From Bacillus thermozeamaize (GTDB lineage: Bacteria > Bacillota > Bacilli > ZCTH02-B2): a stretch of 64,000 bases of DNA. Under the pieces are notes generated by a model, which was given only the letters and a program-made list of their open reading frames with translations, was not told the DNA's origin and searched no databases. The position numbers and the translations under genes were made by a program. The DNA lies in NCBI GenBank assembly GCA_002159075.1, contig LZRT01000070.1:9007-73006 (forward strand), written 5' to 3'. Positions 1 through 12,418 of this stretch are shown piece by piece; the first letter of the stretch is position 1, and the number at the start of each line of letters is the position of its first letter.

Positions 1-582
1 CGGCGTTGGCCGAATCTGGCCCGCCAACAACGCCGGCATCGTATCCATCAGCAGGCGGGCACCCAGCTCCTTCAGCCGGTCATGCAAAGAGCCTACGGTG
101 TCCTGAGGGTGAATCGGTACCGCATGCTGGGCGATGATGTCTCCTGCGTCCAGCTCCTCAACCATGTACATGAGCGTGATCCCCGTTTCCCGTTCGCCAT
201 TGATAATCGCCCAGTGAATCGGGGCGCCGCCCCGGTATTTGGGCAGCAACGAGGCATGAACATTGATGCAGCCATAGCGCGGCGCATGTAAAATGGGGGT
301 CGGAAGCAATTGCCCGTATGCCGCCGTGACGATGAGATCCGGCTGCATGTCGAGGATCGACTGGCAAGCCTCCTCCCCTCTGATTCTTTCCGGTTGCAAG
401 ACGGGTAGACCATACCGCACCGCTGCCTGCTTGACCGGCGGTGGCGTCAATGCCTTCTTGCGACCTTTCGGCCTGTCCGGCTGCGTGACGACCCCAATCA
501 CTTCATAGGGAGAATGCACCAGCGCCTCGAGCACGGGCACCGCAAAGTCTGGTGTTCCCATAAATAAAACACGTACCGACAT
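1..582 (-). CDS. fmt: Methionyl-tRNA formyltransferase (partial; 3' end runs off window start)
   Basis: Reverse complement of 541-582 reads an RBS then ATG TCG GTA CGT GTT TTA TTT ATG GGA ACA CCA GAC TTT GCG = [14 protein letters not shown], the canonical Fmt N-terminus. The start overlaps the def stop (ATGA). The ORF track shows no stop before position 1. Confidence 0.9.
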   Translation of the reverse strand, partial: MSVRVLFMGTPDFAVPVLEALVHSPYEVIGVVTQPDRPKGRKKALTPPPVKQAAVRYGLPVLQPERIRGEEACQSILDMQPDLIVTAAYGQLLPTPILHAPRYGCINVHASLLPKYRGGAPIHWAIINGERETGITLMYMVEELDAGDIIAQHAVPIHPQDTVGSLHDRLKELGARLLMDTMPALLAGQIRPTP

Positions 583-1049
583 CAATCAGGCTCCTTCTCA
601 GACTGGTAGAAAACGGAGGTCAGATCGGTAAACAAGATCCCGTTGAGATGGTCAATTTCGTGTTGCAGGGCGCGCGCCAAATAACCCTCGCCCTCGACCA
701 CAATCGGTTCTCCATGGCGGTTCAAAGCCTCGACAGTACACCGCATGGCCCGTTTCACTTCACCCACGAGCCCGGGAATGCTCAGGCAACCTTCAGGGCC
801 AATCTGTTCGCCTTCGCGTGAGGTGATCACCGGATTGATCAGCTCAATCAACCCTTCGCCCACATCAATAACCACGACCCTTTTCAAAACGCCTACCTGG
901 ACCGCCGCAAGCCCTACGCCACCCGCATCGTACATCGTCTCCGCCATATCATCCAGGAGCTTGTGGATGTTCGGCGTAATCCGTCGAACCTCTTGACTGA
1001 CCTGGCGCAAGATCGGATCCGGCTCCTTGACAATGACCCGTACAGCCAT
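582..1049 (-). CDS. def: Peptide deformylase
   Basis: Track ORF 582..1148. The true start is the internal [14 protein letters not shown], preceded by GGAGGGG. Conserved Def motifs are present: [15 protein letters not shown] and QHEIDHLNG. Confidence 0.93.
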   Translation of the reverse strand: MAVRVIVKEPDPILRQVSQEVRRITPNIHKLLDDMAETMYDAGGVGLAAVQVGVLKRVVVIDVGEGLIELINPVITSREGEQIGPEGCLSIPGLVGEVKRAMRCTVEALNRHGEPIVVEGEGYLARALQHEIDHLNGILFTDLTSVFYQSEKEPD

Positions 1050-1078
1050 TTGCTCCCCTCCTTTCCGCTTGTGTTCAT

Positions 1079-3535
1079 CTAACCCAGCATACGCGGTTCC
1101 ATGTCGATGTGCCAGCTGACCTGTTCCTTCTTCAGCCGGGGCTCCCAATGGGTCAGCGCCGCTCGCAAGACCGTACGGACAATGGTTTCATTTGTATATT
1201 TTATCATGCTCTGAAATCGATATCTATTTTTTAGTCTCGCGATCGGTGAAGCAACCGGCCCCAAGATGTGGGCATGATCCTTTAGCTCCCCGTTGAGCCA
1301 GTGTGTCACCTGCGTCGCCCAGGACAAGGCAACGGCGGCCGTTTCATGCGCGAAGACCAGCTGCGCCAGGCGGCAGTATGGCGGATAGCCGGACTGCTTG
1401 CGCAGCAGCATTTCCCTCTGGTAAAACCGGACATAGTCATGCGTGGCAGCCGCCTGGATGCTTTCGTGTTCCGGGTTGAAACTCTGGATCACCACTTCTC
1501 CCGGCCTCTCGTGACGGCCGGCACGGCCGCTCACCTGTGTCAACAGTTGAAACGTCCGCTCACTGGCGCGAAAGTCGGGCAGAAAAAGCAGTGAATCGGC
1601 AAGGATCACGCCTACCAGTGTGACATTTGGAAAATCCAATCCCTTGGTGATCATCTGCGTCCCCAGCAGGACATCCGCTTCGTGTCTTTGAAAAAGATCA
1701 AGCAGGCGCTGGTGGGCCCCTTTTTGAGCGGTCGTATCCGCATCCATTCGCAACACGCGAACCTGGGGAAAGAGGCGGTTCAGCTCCTCCTCCACCCGCT
1801 GGGTACCAACACCCAAATGGCGGATGTGCTGGCTTCCGCACTCCGGACAGGCAGACGGTTCCAACGCTGTAAACCCGCAATAATGGCAGCGCAGGTGGTT
1901 GCCTACTCGGTGGTACGTCAAGGTGATATCGCAGTGGGGACAGGTGATCGCCGTCCCGCATACGCGACACATCACAAAATGGGCAAAGCCACGACGGTGT
2001 TGGAAGAGAATCACCTGCTCCTTGCGGGCAAACCGTTCCAGCATTTTTTCATAAAGAAGACGGCTGAACAGGCTGCGGTTTCCCTCTTGCAACTCCTTCC
2101 GCAAATCGACGAGGTGGACGCGAGGATAGGGACGGCCGTGAACCCGGTGTCTCATGCTCAGCAGCGTAAAGCCTCCCTGCAGGGCTGCTGTATAGGCTTC
2201 GAGGGAGGGCGTGGCACTGCCAAAGACGACGGCCGCCCGATGGTACCGGGCGCGTCGCAAGGCGACATCCCGCGCATGGTAGCGGGGGGCCTCCTCCTGC
2301 TTGTAGGTTCCTTCATGCTCTTCGTCCACGATGATGAGCCCTATGTTTTCAAAGGGAGAAAAAATGGCCGAACGGGCTCCAACAACGACACCGGCACGGC
2401 CTTCCTGAATTCTTCGCCATTCATCAAAACGTTCCCCTTGTGACAAGCCGCTGTGAAATACCGCCACTTCCTCGCCGAATCGCCGACGAAACCGGTCCAC
2501 CATCTGAGGGGTGAGGGAAATTTCCGGCACAAGGACGATTGCTGCACGTCCCAGATGCCGGCAATGGGCAATCGCCTGCAGATAAACTTCCGTCTTGCCG
2601 CTTCCGGTTACGCCATGCAGCAAAAAGGCCTGGTACTCCCGCTTTGATATTGCCGCCAAAATCGGATTCAACACGGATTGTTGTTCTTCGGTCAACGGTT
2701 TGGGGACGTCCCGTTCTGGCGGCCGACCAGAAAAAGGATGCCGTGGCACCTCTTTTTCCACCCGCGCCAATACTCCCTGACGAATGAGCGATTGAATCGT
2801 CGAGGAGGAAGCCTGAACCCGTTTCAGCAGGTCAGATTGCAGCCATTCCTCGTCCGGATGGCGGCGAAATTGCTCGAGGATCTCCCGTTGCTTGACCGCC
2901 TGGCGGGGAAGCTGTTGCAAGAAAACGTCCAGCTTCCCCGGATCGATGTTCAGGCGGATGAAGGCCGCCTTCTTGCCCCGGACATCCCTTTTCAGGACAG
3001 GGCGGACCACAAGCCGCCCCTCACGTCTCCATTGGTTCAGGATGCGTTTGTACGCCGGAAATGCTTGCAACAGATCTTTCCAGGCAATGGCGGGATGATC
3101 CTTTACATAGGACAAAATCTCCTGTTCCTCGTCCGTCTTCAGCCATCCGTCATCCTTAATCTCCACTTCGGTGGTATACCTGCCACGAACGCCGGCAGGA
3201 ATCATCACCTTAAGAGCGGTCATCCATGAACACAGGGTTTTCTGGCTGAGCCAGTGCGCCAGATTGACCAGCTCTGCGGTCAAAGGCGGTGGCACCACTT
3301 CTTCAATCTCACGGAGCACGATGTCCTCTTGCGCCTGTTCCGTCCCCCGTTTGGCTGCCAGCGGTTCATCCTTCACGTCGATGACAATGCCATCCACTCG
3401 GCGTGAACCGAACGGCACCACCACGCGTGAACCGATTCGGACCTCAGCGGCCCATTCTTCCGGGACCAAATAGGTGTAACTCTGATCACCGGCCTGCCCG
3501 GGAACATCCACCACAACCTGCACCCGCAGTCTCAT
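1079..3535 (-). CDS. priA: Primosomal protein N' (replication restart helicase PriA)
   Basis: 818 aa. Has a Walker A motif (GVTGSGKT), a DEEH box and a Cys-rich zinc-binding region (CxxC x4). The ATG overlaps the coaBC stop (ATGA). Confidence 0.95.
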   Translation of the reverse strand: MRLRVQVVVDVPGQAGDQSYTYLVPEEWAAEVRIGSRVVVPFGSRRVDGIVIDVKDEPLAAKRGTEQAQEDIVLREIEEVVPPPLTAELVNLAHWLSQKTLCSWMTALKVMIPAGVRGRYTTEVEIKDDGWLKTDEEQEILSYVKDHPAIAWKDLLQAFPAYKRILNQWRREGRLVVRPVLKRDVRGKKAAFIRLNIDPGKLDVFLQQLPRQAVKQREILEQFRRHPDEEWLQSDLLKRVQASSSTIQSLIRQGVLARVEKEVPRHPFSGRPPERDVPKPLTEEQQSVLNPILAAISKREYQAFLLHGVTGSGKTEVYLQAIAHCRHLGRAAIVLVPEISLTPQMVDRFRRRFGEEVAVFHSGLSQGERFDEWRRIQEGRAGVVVGARSAIFSPFENIGLIIVDEEHEGTYKQEEAPRYHARDVALRRARYHRAAVVFGSATPSLEAYTAALQGGFTLLSMRHRVHGRPYPRVHLVDLRKELQEGNRSLFSRLLYEKMLERFARKEQVILFQHRRGFAHFVMCRVCGTAITCPHCDITLTYHRVGNHLRCHYCGFTALEPSACPECGSQHIRHLGVGTQRVEEELNRLFPQVRVLRMDADTTAQKGAHQRLLDLFQRHEADVLLGTQMITKGLDFPNVTLVGVILADSLLFLPDFRASERTFQLLTQVSGRAGRHERPGEVVIQSFNPEHESIQAAATHDYVRFYQREMLLRKQSGYPPYCRLAQLVFAHETAAVALSWATQVTHWLNGELKDHAHILGPVASPIARLKNRYRFQSMIKYTNETIVRTVLRAALTHWEPRLKKEQVSWHIDMEPRMLG

Positions 3536-4740
3536 CGCGTCTCCTTCTCAAGCACATGTTTCAAAATGAGATCCAGAAGCCGGTCCGCCACTTCCCGCTT
3601 GCTCATCTTTGGCCAAGTATGAAAAAAGCCGTTCCTCCCGTATACCTCCACTCGATTGGCGTCCGTATCAAAGCCGATATCCCCCTGGGAAACGTCGTTG
3701 GCGACGATAAAGTCGGCCCCTTTCCGTTCCAGCTTGTCCAACGCATAACGGCTCACCTGTTCCGTCTCAGCCGCAAAACCGACGATGCACTGGTCCGGTC
3801 GCCTGCGTTTGCAAATCTCAGCCAGAATATCAGGAGTACGCCGCAGCTGTACCTGGATCTGGTCAGACACCTTTTTGATCTTTTGCTCCGCGACCTGGAC
3901 CGGCGCATAATCAGCCACGGCAGCCGACTTGAAGACGACATCCGCATCGGGCAAAAGGGATAGAACCGTCTCATACATTTGGTCTGCCGTCTCCACAGCA
4001 AACACCTCGACACCGGCAGGAGGCAACAGACGGGTCGGCCCGGTGACCAAAAGAACGCGCGCCCCCCGTTTTTGCGCCGCTTCGGCAATGGCATAGCCCA
4101 TCTTTCCGGATGAACGATTGCTAAAAAAACGAACCGGATCCAACGGTTCGCGTGTGGGGCCTGCTGTGACGAGAACGGTACGTCCGGACCAATCCCGTTT
4201 TTTCGCAAGCATCGACTGAATTTTCGCCACAATATCCGCCGGCTCCGCCAACTTGCCCTGGCCTTCATAACCGCAAGCCAGCAACCCCTCGACCGGGTCG
4301 ATGAATTCAACGCCGCGCGCCTTCAGGCGCGCAATATTTTCCTGAACGGTCCAATGCTGGTACATATGGACATTCATCGCCGGCGCGACCAGAATCGGCG
4401 CCCGTGTCGCCAGCGCCGTCGTGGTCAGCATGTCATCGGCAATGCCATGGGCCATTTTGGCAATCAGGTTTGCCGTCGCCGGCGCAATCACCATCAGATC
4501 GGCGTGATCGGCAACATCAATATGCGAAACCACAGATGGATCTTGTTCCTCGAAAACATCCACAAACACATGGTGGCGCGATAAGGTTTGAAAGGTCAAC
4601 GGAGTGATGAACCGGGTAGCCCCTGCGGTCATGATCACCTGGACCTTTGCGCCCAGTTTGTTCAAGCGGCTGCATAAATCCGCCGCCTTGTAAGCGGCAA
4701 TCCCACCTGTCACGCCCAGGACAATGCGCTTTCCTTCCAT
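3532..4740 (-). CDS. coaBC: Bifunctional phosphopantothenoylcysteine decarboxylase/phosphopantothenate-cysteine ligase
   Basis: Flavoprotein N-domain (RIVLGVTGGIAAYK) plus a CoaB C-domain. The start was set at MEGKRIV, 6 nt after GAGGAGG; an ATG 3 nt upstream is also possible. Confidence 0.92.
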   Translation of the reverse strand: MEGKRIVLGVTGGIAAYKAADLCSRLNKLGAKVQVIMTAGATRFITPLTFQTLSRHHVFVDVFEEQDPSVVSHIDVADHADLMVIAPATANLIAKMAHGIADDMLTTTALATRAPILVAPAMNVHMYQHWTVQENIARLKARGVEFIDPVEGLLACGYEGQGKLAEPADIVAKIQSMLAKKRDWSGRTVLVTAGPTREPLDPVRFFSNRSSGKMGYAIAEAAQKRGARVLLVTGPTRLLPPAGVEVFAVETADQMYETVLSLLPDADVVFKSAAVADYAPVQVAEQKIKKVSDQIQVQLRRTPDILAEICKRRRPDQCIVGFAAETEQVSRYALDKLERKGADFIVANDVSQGDIGFDTDANRVEVYGRNGFFHTWPKMSKREVADRLLDLILKHVLEKETR

Positions 4741-4775
4741 CATTCCCCTCCTCACGCACGGCGGCGGAAGAGCTT

Positions 4776-5000
4776 TCAGGATTCCTTCTCCTCCTGCTCT
4801 TCATCCTGTTTTTCCTGGAGGACAATCTTGCCGGCGACGATTTCTTCCAATGCCATTCCTACCTCTTTGTGCGACGAAGCCGAATCGATCGTCAGCGGTG
4901 AACCGTCCTTAATCTGTCTCGCCCTTTTTGCGGCTGCTGTGACAAGCAAATACTTGCTTCCAACCGCTTCGATCATCTTGTCCACTTCGGGAAACAGCAT
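4776..5000 (-). CDS. rpoZ: DNA-directed RNA polymerase subunit omega
   Basis: 74 aa. The sequence LLVTAAAKRARQI matches RpoZ. GGAGGAGG lies upstream, and the ATG overlaps the gmk stop. Confidence 0.9.
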   Translation of the reverse strand: MLFPEVDKMIEAVGSKYLLVTAAAKRARQIKDGSPLTIDSASSHKEVGMALEEIVAGKIVLQEKQDEEQEEKES

Positions 5001-5626
5001 CAGCGAAACTCAACCTCCTCCAACTGTTTGGCAAACCGATCCCAGATCCGTTTCGTCCTCAGGTGTTCAGCCGCGATAATCGCCCGGATCTTGTCCGCCG
5101 CTTTCTCAACCACGTCGTTTACCACCGCGTAATCATAATGATGCAACATCTTCAACTCTTCCCTGGCCACGCCCAAGCGGCGGAGAATATCCTCCTCGTC
5201 TTCCGTCCCCCGATGTTCGATCCGTTCCTTCAACGCGTTCAAACTGGGGGGCAGGAGAAAAATAAAAATGCCTTCGGGGAACTTTTCCTTCACCTGAAGC
5301 GCTCCCTGAACTTCGATTTCCAATATGACGTCCTTGCCCTGGGCAAGAGTTTGTTCAACAAATTCCCTTGGCGTGCCGTAATAATGATCGGCGTATCTGG
5401 CCCATTCCAGCAGCTGTCCCTGTTCAATCATCCGCTGAAATTCTTCCTGGGTCCTGAAAAAATAGTTCACCCCGTCCTTTTCCCCGGCGCGAGGCTTGCG
5501 TGTCGTTACCGATACGGAATACACCAGCTCAGGCATCAAGCTGCGCAAGGCGGAACAGACGGTTCCCTTTCCCACACCGGAAGGCCCGGATAATACAATA
5601 AGCAATCCCTGCTGATGGTCTGCCAT
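5000..5626 (-). CDS. gmk: Guanylate kinase
   Basis: P-loop GPSGVGKGT. The start is at [14 protein letters not shown], preceded by GGAGGA and a 6-nt spacer. Confidence 0.93.
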   Translation of the reverse strand: MADHQQGLLIVLSGPSGVGKGTVCSALRSLMPELVYSVSVTTRKPRAGEKDGVNYFFRTQEEFQRMIEQGQLLEWARYADHYYGTPREFVEQTLAQGKDVILEIEVQGALQVKEKFPEGIFIFLLPPSLNALKERIEHRGTEDEEDILRRLGVAREELKMLHHYDYAVVNDVVEKAADKIRAIIAAEHLRTKRIWDRFAKQLEEVEFR

Positions 5627-5627
5627 C

Positions 5628-5897
5628 TCAATCCTCCGGATCAACCGCAGGATCCTCTTTGGTGTTCAACCGATTCGCAACCGTTTCCGGTTGCACCGCT
5701 GAGAGGATCACGTGGTCACTGTCCATCACAATCACAGCCCTGGTTCGCCTTCCGTAGGTGGCGTCGATCAGACGGCTGTTGGCCCGCGCTTCGGTGATGA
5801 TCCGCTTGATCGGCGCTGATTCGGGGCTGACAATCGAAATGATGCGGTTAGCCGACACAATATTGCCAAATCCGATATTGATCAGTTTGATAGACAT
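5628..5897 (-). CDS. remA: Extracellular matrix/biofilm regulator RemA (DUF370)
   Basis: [34 protein letters not shown]...[26 protein letters not shown] is near-identical to B. subtilis RemA/YlzA. The ORF-track N-terminal extension lacks an RBS. Confidence 0.9.
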   Translation of the reverse strand: MSIKLINIGFGNIVSANRIISIVSPESAPIKRIITEARANSRLIDATYGRRTRAVIVMDSDHVILSAVQPETVANRLNTKEDPAVDPED

Positions 5898-5961
5898 CAG
5901 ATTGAGCCTGCCCTCCCATCCTAAGTTTGAAAAGCTTGCAGGTACATGACGACCGCAAAAG

Positions 5962-6822
5962 TTACTCCACATTTTGAATTTGTTCCCGCATCTTGTCAAT
6001 CTCGCTTTTCGTCGTGAGAATGTGCTGATTGAGGGTAGGATCGGGCACTTTCGCCGAAATGGTATGGATTTCCCTGCTCATTTCCTGCAACAGGAAATCC
6101 AGCTTTTTCCCGACCGGCCCCGGCTCTTCGACGATCCGGGCAAATTGCTGACAATGGCTGCGCAAACGTGTCAGCTCTTCATCAATATTCGCCTTCTCCG
6201 CAAAGATCAGCAGCTCCGTGTACAATTTTTCTTCCGCTATCTTCTCCACCCCGAGCGCTTCCAGCCGCTGCAGCAGACGACCGCGGTAGATCTCCAGCAT
6301 CTGTTCCGCGTGTCGCTGCATCTCTTCCACCTGTTCAAGGACCAGCCGGTTGCGCCGCCGGAGGTCTTCCTGTATGACTTGACCTTCCCGCCGTCGCATC
6401 TGGTTCAGCTGCTGACATGCCAGGGCAGCGGCCTCCCTGAGCGGCTCACTCCAATCAAATTCATCATCGACTTGTGTGTGGAAGATTTCGGGAATTTCCA
6501 AAATCGTGCGGATGTCAACTTCCCCTGGCAATTGGAAGCGTTCCTTGAGCGTCCGCAACAGCCTTATCCAGTCCTCGACACGTTGCCAATTCAGCGTCTG
6601 CAAGGTTCCGTCCACAGGCTCCAGCTGCACATACAGGTCCACTTTTCCCCGGGACAGATGTGACTGGAGCTCTTTTCTGAGAAGCTCTTCATAGGATAAC
6701 CAGTTTTTTGGCAAGTGAACTGAAATTTCCCGATATCGGTGGTTGACAGACCGAATCTGCAACACAAGCCGTTGTCCATGAGCCGATACTTCAGCCCGCC
6801 CATAACCTGTCATGCTTTTCAT
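5962..6822 (-). CDS. yloC: YicC/YloC family stress-induced protein (endoribonuclease)
   Basis: N-terminus MKSMTGYGR. There is a coiled-coil middle region and a C-terminal DUF1732-like region. The position between remA and yloB matches B. subtilis. Confidence 0.85.
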   Translation of the reverse strand: MKSMTGYGRAEVSAHGQRLVLQIRSVNHRYREISVHLPKNWLSYEELLRKELQSHLSRGKVDLYVQLEPVDGTLQTLNWQRVEDWIRLLRTLKERFQLPGEVDIRTILEIPEIFHTQVDDEFDWSEPLREAAALACQQLNQMRRREGQVIQEDLRRRNRLVLEQVEEMQRHAEQMLEIYRGRLLQRLEALGVEKIAEEKLYTELLIFAEKANIDEELTRLRSHCQQFARIVEEPGPVGKKLDFLLQEMSREIHTISAKVPDPTLNQHILTTKSEIDKMREQIQNVE

Positions 6823-6887
6823 GTTGGTTTCACTTCCATTCATTTATTCTAAACAATTTAGGTGATCTGAACAAGTATCACGACCTT

Positions 6888-9659
6888 TTAGCGCATCGGA
6901 TGGAGCGCCTGCGCCGGTTTGCCTGACAACAGGGCCGGAATGCCGGCGATGAACGTAGGAATGGCTGCGGCGAACAAAATCAAGGCCCATTCGCGCAAAT
7001 GAAGCGCCGTGGTGTGAAAAACCGGTTGCAGAACACCGACGTAGATGACAGCCAGCAGCATCAACACAGACATGATCACCGAAAGGACCAGCCAGCGGTT
7101 TTCAAATGGATTGCGATCAAAGACGGAACGCTCACACCGGCAGTCAAAAACGTGAATCAACTGGGCCATCACCAGCGTCGCAAAAGCCACCGTCTGAGCC
7201 CGTAACAGGTCGTCCGGGTTTTCTGCCAGCGTCAGCCAAAAACTGCCCACCGTGACCAGTCCGATCAAAAGCCCCCGGCTGATGATTTTCCATCCCATCC
7301 CGCGCGCAAAGACGCTTTCACGCGCATCCCGCGGCGGACGGTGCATCACATTCTCTTCGCTGGTGTCCACTCCCAGCGCCATGGCCGGCAACCCGTCCGT
7401 CACCAAGTTGACCCAGAGGATGTGAATGGGAAGCAGCGGCAAAGGCATCGCCAACAGCATCGCAATGAGCATGGTAAAAATTTCTCCCACATTGCTGGCC
7501 ATCATGTAACGGATAAATTTCCGGATGTTCTCATAAATGCCTCGTCCCTCTTCGACGGCAGCCACAATGGTCGCAAAGTTGTCATTGGCAAGGACGAGGG
7601 AGGCTGCTTCCTTGGTCACGTCGGTACCGGTTCTGCCCATCGCAATGCCAATGTCCGCCGCTTTAACAGCCGGTGCGTCATTGACCCCGTCCCCGGTCAT
7701 CGCCACCACTTCACCTTTGGCTTGCAAGGTCTTGACAATCCGCAGCTTGTGTTCCGGCGCAACACGTGCGTAAACGTATATCTGATCGATGTTTTCCGCC
7801 AGTTCCGATTGGCCCATCCGGGACAGCTGACTGCCGGTCAGCACCCGTCCCCCCGGCGGAAGGATCCCCAGTTGCCGGGCAATGGCCTCCGCCGTCGTCT
7901 GATGATCGCCGGTGATCATCACGGTCCGGATACCGGCCCGCCTGCAAAGGGCAATGGCCTGCTTGACCTCTGGGCGAGGCGGGTCGATCATGCCCATCAA
8001 CCCGAGAAAGACCAGACCTTGTTCGGCTTCCGCCTCATTTTGGGGAATTTCTCCCGGACGCAGGCGCCGGTATGCAAATCCCAAGTTTCGCAAAGCCATT
8101 TGCGCCAGCGATTCATTTGCTTGCATGACGTTCTTCCTAAAGGCGGGCGACAGGAGCTGCTCCTTCTCGCCGTATACAATCTGCGTGCAACGTTCCAACA
8201 GGACATCCGGCGCTCCCTTCACCAGCACCCAGCGGTTGCGGGATGTGTCCTCCACGACAACCGACATCATCTTTCTTGACGGATCAAACGGAAATTCCTT
8301 GATCCGCCGCCAGCGACCGCGCAGCTCAGCGGGGTTCAGGCCGGCCTTCAATCCGGCAAAAAGAACCGCTCCTTCAGTCGGATCGCCCTGCAGCAACCAG
8401 TCCCCTTCCGGGCCTGCAGCCGGAATCTTGTCAGGGTGCTTTTTCTTTCCAAAAATTCTTTTCCTGCCGTTTTCGATCAGTTGTGCATTGTTGCAAAGGC
8501 AGCCGATCTCCAAAAGCCACTGCAGTTCCCGGTGCCGTTGCGACGCAAGCGGCAGGCCTGCGGAGACAAAGGGACCTGATGAAGGTTCCTGTTCTCCTTT
8601 TACCTCAATCTTGCGCCCCGCAATCCAGATGTGGGTCACCGTCATCCGGTTTTGCGTCAGGGTTCCCGTTTTGTCGGAACAGACAACGGTCGCCGTCCCC
8701 AGCGTTTCCACCGCCGGCAACTTGCGAATGATGGCCTGCCGCTTGATCATCCGTTGCACGCCCAGTGCCAGGGACACCGTCACAATCGCCGGCAGGCCTT
8801 CCGGAATGGCCGCCACGGCGAGACTGACACCAGCAAGAAACATTTGATACAATTCTTGCCCATGCCAGATTCCAAGACCCACCACCAGACCGGTCAAAAG
8901 CAGGCAGGCGACAACCAACACCTGTCCCAAATGGGCCAGGCGGTGCTGCAACGGAGTAACCTCCTCGTCTTCAATGTGCATCAGATGGGCGATTTTCCCC
9001 ATTTCCGTCTGCATCCCGGTGGCTACCACAATGCCGATCCCTTTTCCCTGTACCACACTGGTACCCATATAGGCCATGTTTTGCCGATCGCCCAGAGACA
9101 AATCTTCATCCGGAAGCGGATCGGCGAATTTGGCGACCGGCAACGATTCCCCGGTCAACGCGGCTTCCTCGATGCGCAGTCCTTCGGCAACCGCCAACCG
9201 CAAATCGGCTGGAATCCGATCGCCGCTTTCCAAATAGACGATGTCGCCCGGCACCACTGTTTTAGCCGGTATCTTTTGCAATTGCCTGTCCCGCAAGACC
9301 CGGCACTCTGGCGCCGTCATCTGCTTGAGCGCCTGCAAGGAATTTTCCGCACGATACTCCTGAACAAAACCCAGGACGGCATTCAGCAGGACAATGGCCA
9401 CAATCGTCAATGCATCCGTATATTCACCAAGCCATCCTGACAACAATGTGGCGACCAGAAGGATGAACACCATAAAATCCTTGAACTGACTGAAAAACAA
9501 GAAAAGAGGATTGATCCGTTCTCCCCCTGCAAGGAGATTTTCGCCATATCGCGCCAATCTTTTCTCCGCTTCTTTCCATGTCAATCCGGCATTCACATCC
9601 GTCTCGTATTGGCGGAGCACATCTTCAACCGATTGTTGGTATGCTTTCTTTTCCTTCAT
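6888..9659 (-). CDS. yloB: Calcium-translocating P-type ATPase (PMCA/SERCA-type)
   Basis: 923 aa with about 10 TM segments. Contains the DKTGTLT phosphorylation motif, the [10 protein letters not shown] hinge and PEGL in TM4. Confidence 0.93.
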   Translation of the reverse strand: MKEKKAYQQSVEDVLRQYETDVNAGLTWKEAEKRLARYGENLLAGGERINPLFLFFSQFKDFMVFILLVATLLSGWLGEYTDALTIVAIVLLNAVLGFVQEYRAENSLQALKQMTAPECRVLRDRQLQKIPAKTVVPGDIVYLESGDRIPADLRLAVAEGLRIEEAALTGESLPVAKFADPLPDEDLSLGDRQNMAYMGTSVVQGKGIGIVVATGMQTEMGKIAHLMHIEDEEVTPLQHRLAHLGQVLVVACLLLTGLVVGLGIWHGQELYQMFLAGVSLAVAAIPEGLPAIVTVSLALGVQRMIKRQAIIRKLPAVETLGTATVVCSDKTGTLTQNRMTVTHIWIAGRKIEVKGEQEPSSGPFVSAGLPLASQRHRELQWLLEIGCLCNNAQLIENGRKRIFGKKKHPDKIPAAGPEGDWLLQGDPTEGAVLFAGLKAGLNPAELRGRWRRIKEFPFDPSRKMMSVVVEDTSRNRWVLVKGAPDVLLERCTQIVYGEKEQLLSPAFRKNVMQANESLAQMALRNLGFAYRRLRPGEIPQNEAEAEQGLVFLGLMGMIDPPRPEVKQAIALCRRAGIRTVMITGDHQTTAEAIARQLGILPPGGRVLTGSQLSRMGQSELAENIDQIYVYARVAPEHKLRIVKTLQAKGEVVAMTGDGVNDAPAVKAADIGIAMGRTGTDVTKEAASLVLANDNFATIVAAVEEGRGIYENIRKFIRYMMASNVGEIFTMLIAMLLAMPLPLLPIHILWVNLVTDGLPAMALGVDTSEENVMHRPPRDARESVFARGMGWKIISRGLLIGLVTVGSFWLTLAENPDDLLRAQTVAFATLVMAQLIHVFDCRCERSVFDRNPFENRWLVLSVIMSVLMLLAVIYVGVLQPVFHTTALHLREWALILFAAAIPTFIAGIPALLSGKPAQALHPMR

Positions 9660-9788
9660 TGCGCTTCTGCTGCCCCCCTATCTGCTTGGCCGGCCCTTGC
9701 TCTGCTTTACTCTATTCAGGGCAACAGGAAAACATGCTATACTTGTCTGGTACGAAAATGGGAACATTTTGGGACAGGAGGGTGGGCA

Positions 9789-11504
9789 ATGGGTTTTGAC
9801 GGTTTTGTCATGCGAGCCATCGTCCATGAACTGCAGCCGCTCGTAGGCGGACGGGTGACGAAAATTTATCAGCCGAGCGAAACAGACGTGATCCTGCTCG
9901 TCCGCGCTCATGGCGAAAACCACCGTCTTTTCCTTTCGGCCAGCCATACCATTCCGCGCATCTATCAGGTTCAGGAACAACTGTCCAACCCGCCTGAGCC
10001 TCCCCTGTTTTGCATGGTGCTGCGCAAACACCTGGAAGGCGGATTGATCGCAGGTATCGGTCAAATGGGGTTGGATCGCGTATGCTGGCTGGACATCCGC
10101 AGCCGGAATGAACTCGGGGATTGGGGAATCAAACGGTTGGTGCTGGAAGTGATGGGAAAGCACAGCAACCTCATCCTGATCGATCTGGATTCCCAGCGGA
10201 TCCTGGAAGCGATTCACCACGTGCCCGCGGCATTAAGCCAATACCGGCAGGTGCTCCCCGGAAGGACCTATACTCCTCCACCCCCGCAGGAAAAAGCCGT
10301 CCCTTGGGAAATGGACCGGGAATCTTTTTTTGCGGCCATCGATTGGAACCGCGGCAAGCTGGAGAAACAGCTGGTGGAACGCTACTTCGGGATTGGCCCG
10401 ACGCTCGCCAGGGAAATCCTCCATCGGGCAGGCCTGCCAACCAGAGACAACGTTTGGCATGCCTTTTCCGAAATCATCAATCAATTGAAACAGCATCATT
10501 ACGAACCAACCGTGATCAACGGGGAAAAAGATGATTTCCATGTCATCCCCTTACACAGCCTGGATGGAAAGAAAAAAACCTGTCCGACCGTCAGCCAATG
10601 CCTGGAATCATTTTATAAAGAGCAAGCACAGAAGGAGAGAATCAGGCAGCAGGCCCATGACCTCAAAAACTGGCTTGAAAACGAGATGAAAAAAAACCTG
10701 AAAAAAATGGAGAAACTCCGGGCCACTTTGGAGGAAGCCAAGCAAGCAGAGGATTTTCGCCTGTTCGGGGAACTGGTGACGGCAAACCTCTACCGCATCC
10801 AGCCGGGTGATACGGAGCTCATCGCGGAAAACTTTTACGAAGAATCCATGCCGCAGATTCGTGTTCCACTGGACCCCGCCCTCTCGCCCAGCGAAAACGC
10901 ACAGGCCTATTTCAAAAAATACAACAAGGCCAAAAACAGCCTGCGGATGGCCCGACAGCAACTGGAGCTTGCAGAAGAGGAAAACCGCTATTTTGAGACG
11001 ATCCTGGCGCAATTGGCCTTGGCCAGCGACAGAGAACTGGAGGAAATCCGTGAAGAGCTGATCGAGCAAGGATATCTGCGCAGCCGCAAAACGGTCCGGA
11101 AAAAACGGAAGACCGAACCGCCGCGTCCGCAGCAGTTCCGGTCTTCCGAAGGGTTCGAAATTCTCGTCGGCAAAAACAACCGGCAGAATGATTACCTTAC
11201 CGGAAAACTGGCCAACCGCAACGACACCTGGCTGCACGCCAAGGACATTCCGGGCTCCCATGTGGTCATCCGCGGGCAACACTTCACCGAACAAACGTTG
11301 AAAGAGGCGGCCTTGCTTGCCGCCTGGTTCAGCAAGGCACAACGTTCCTCACAGGTCCCGGTAGACTATACCTTGATCCGGCACGTCCATAAACCGAGTG
11401 GGGCCAAACCGGGATTCGTGATTTACGAAAAACAGAAAACGATTTATGTGACGCCTACCGAGGAAGCGCTGGAACCCCTTTTGAAAACCCAACATCAGGC
11501 ATGA
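9789..11504 (+). CDS. rqcH: Ribosome quality-control protein RqcH (fibronectin-binding protein A family, NFACT domains)
   Basis: The start is at MGFDGFVMRA, preceded by GGAGGGTGGG. NFACT-N, coiled-coil and NFACT-R/DUF814 architecture are present. The track ORF starts 60 codons upstream with no RBS. Confidence 0.9.
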   Translation: MGFDGFVMRAIVHELQPLVGGRVTKIYQPSETDVILLVRAHGENHRLFLSASHTIPRIYQVQEQLSNPPEPPLFCMVLRKHLEGGLIAGIGQMGLDRVCWLDIRSRNELGDWGIKRLVLEVMGKHSNLILIDLDSQRILEAIHHVPAALSQYRQVLPGRTYTPPPPQEKAVPWEMDRESFFAAIDWNRGKLEKQLVERYFGIGPTLAREILHRAGLPTRDNVWHAFSEIINQLKQHHYEPTVINGEKDDFHVIPLHSLDGKKKTCPTVSQCLESFYKEQAQKERIRQQAHDLKNWLENEMKKNLKKMEKLRATLEEAKQAEDFRLFGELVTANLYRIQPGDTELIAENFYEESMPQIRVPLDPALSPSENAQAYFKKYNKAKNSLRMARQQLELAEEENRYFETILAQLALASDRELEEIREELIEQGYLRSRKTVRKKRKTEPPRPQQFRSSEGFEILVGKNNRQNDYLTGKLANRNDTWLHAKDIPGSHVVIRGQHFTEQTLKEAALLAAWFSKAQRSSQVPVDYTLIRHVHKPSGAKPGFVIYEKQKTIYVTPTEEALEPLLKTQHQA

Positions 11505-12400
11505 GCAAGGCTGTGGAGCAACTGTTGGATATCCTCGGGCAGAGGGCTCCGGAATGACATCGGATATCTCCCGGCCGGATGCTCAAACCTAAGCTCTGCG
11601 GCATGGAGCGCCTGCCGCTGAATCCATTCCGTATTTCCGCCATACAGCGCATCGCCAAATAAGGGGTGGCCCAGATGCGCCAGGTGAACGCGAATCTGGT
11701 GCGTACGGCCGGTCAACAGTTTCAAGCGGAGCAGCGTGGCATTCTGTAAAAGCCGCTCTACCTGGTAGGCGGTTCGCGCCGGCTTGCCCCTCGGGTCCAC
11801 CAGCCGGCGAACGCAACCAGGCTCGCGCCAGATCGGCGCCTCAATGACACCCTTTGGACTGCTGACTCTCCCTTCCACGACCGCCATGTACCCTTTTTTC
11901 AGCCGTCCACGACTCATCTGCAACGCCAGCTGTTGATGGGCAAATGCGTTCTTGGCGATGACCAAAAGCCCCGATGTGTCACGGTCGAGACGCTGGACAA
12001 GGTGAAATCCGGGCCTCTCTTTACGGCTTAGCCAATGGTGAACAATGCCGTTGGCCAGTGTTCCGGAAGGATGTCCTTTGGTCGGGTGAACCACAATCCC
12101 CGGTGGCTTGTCCACGACCATCAGCCAATCGTCTTCATACAAAATGTGGAGCGGGATCGGCTCGGGCAAAATGTGTTCCGGAAAAGCGGCAGGCACGGCC
12201 AGCTGGATCCGATCGCCCCTTAACACGCGCTCCGTCAAAAAAGCGGGCTCCCCGTTGCGCCAAATCATCTCATCCCGCTTTAATCGCCTGAGAAAACCAT
12301 TCGAAACCGGCCAACGCCTTCTGATCACCTCCCGGATCATCAACCCTTCTTCATCCGGCTCGACAAGCACTTGCAAAAGCTGCGTTAGCCCAGTCGACAC
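11495..12400 (-). CDS. RluA-family 23S rRNA pseudouridine synthase (RluD/RluC-like, S4 domain)
   Basis: S4-like N-terminus, an HRLDRDTSG catalytic motif, and the sequence GRTHQIRVHLAHLGHPL. It is convergent with rqcH, and the two 3' ends overlap by about 10 nt. Confidence 0.85.
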   Translation of the reverse strand: MSTGLTQLLQVLVEPDEEGLMIREVIRRRWPVSNGFLRRLKRDEMIWRNGEPAFLTERVLRGDRIQLAVPAAFPEHILPEPIPLHILYEDDWLMVVDKPPGIVVHPTKGHPSGTLANGIVHHWLSRKERPGFHLVQRLDRDTSGLLVIAKNAFAHQQLALQMSRGRLKKGYMAVVEGRVSSPKGVIEAPIWREPGCVRRLVDPRGKPARTAYQVERLLQNATLLRLKLLTGRTHQIRVHLAHLGHPLFGDALYGGNTEWIQRQALHAAELRFEHPAGRYPMSFRSPLPEDIQQLLHSLAHA

Positions 12401-12418
12401 AACATCACCCTAATTTCT

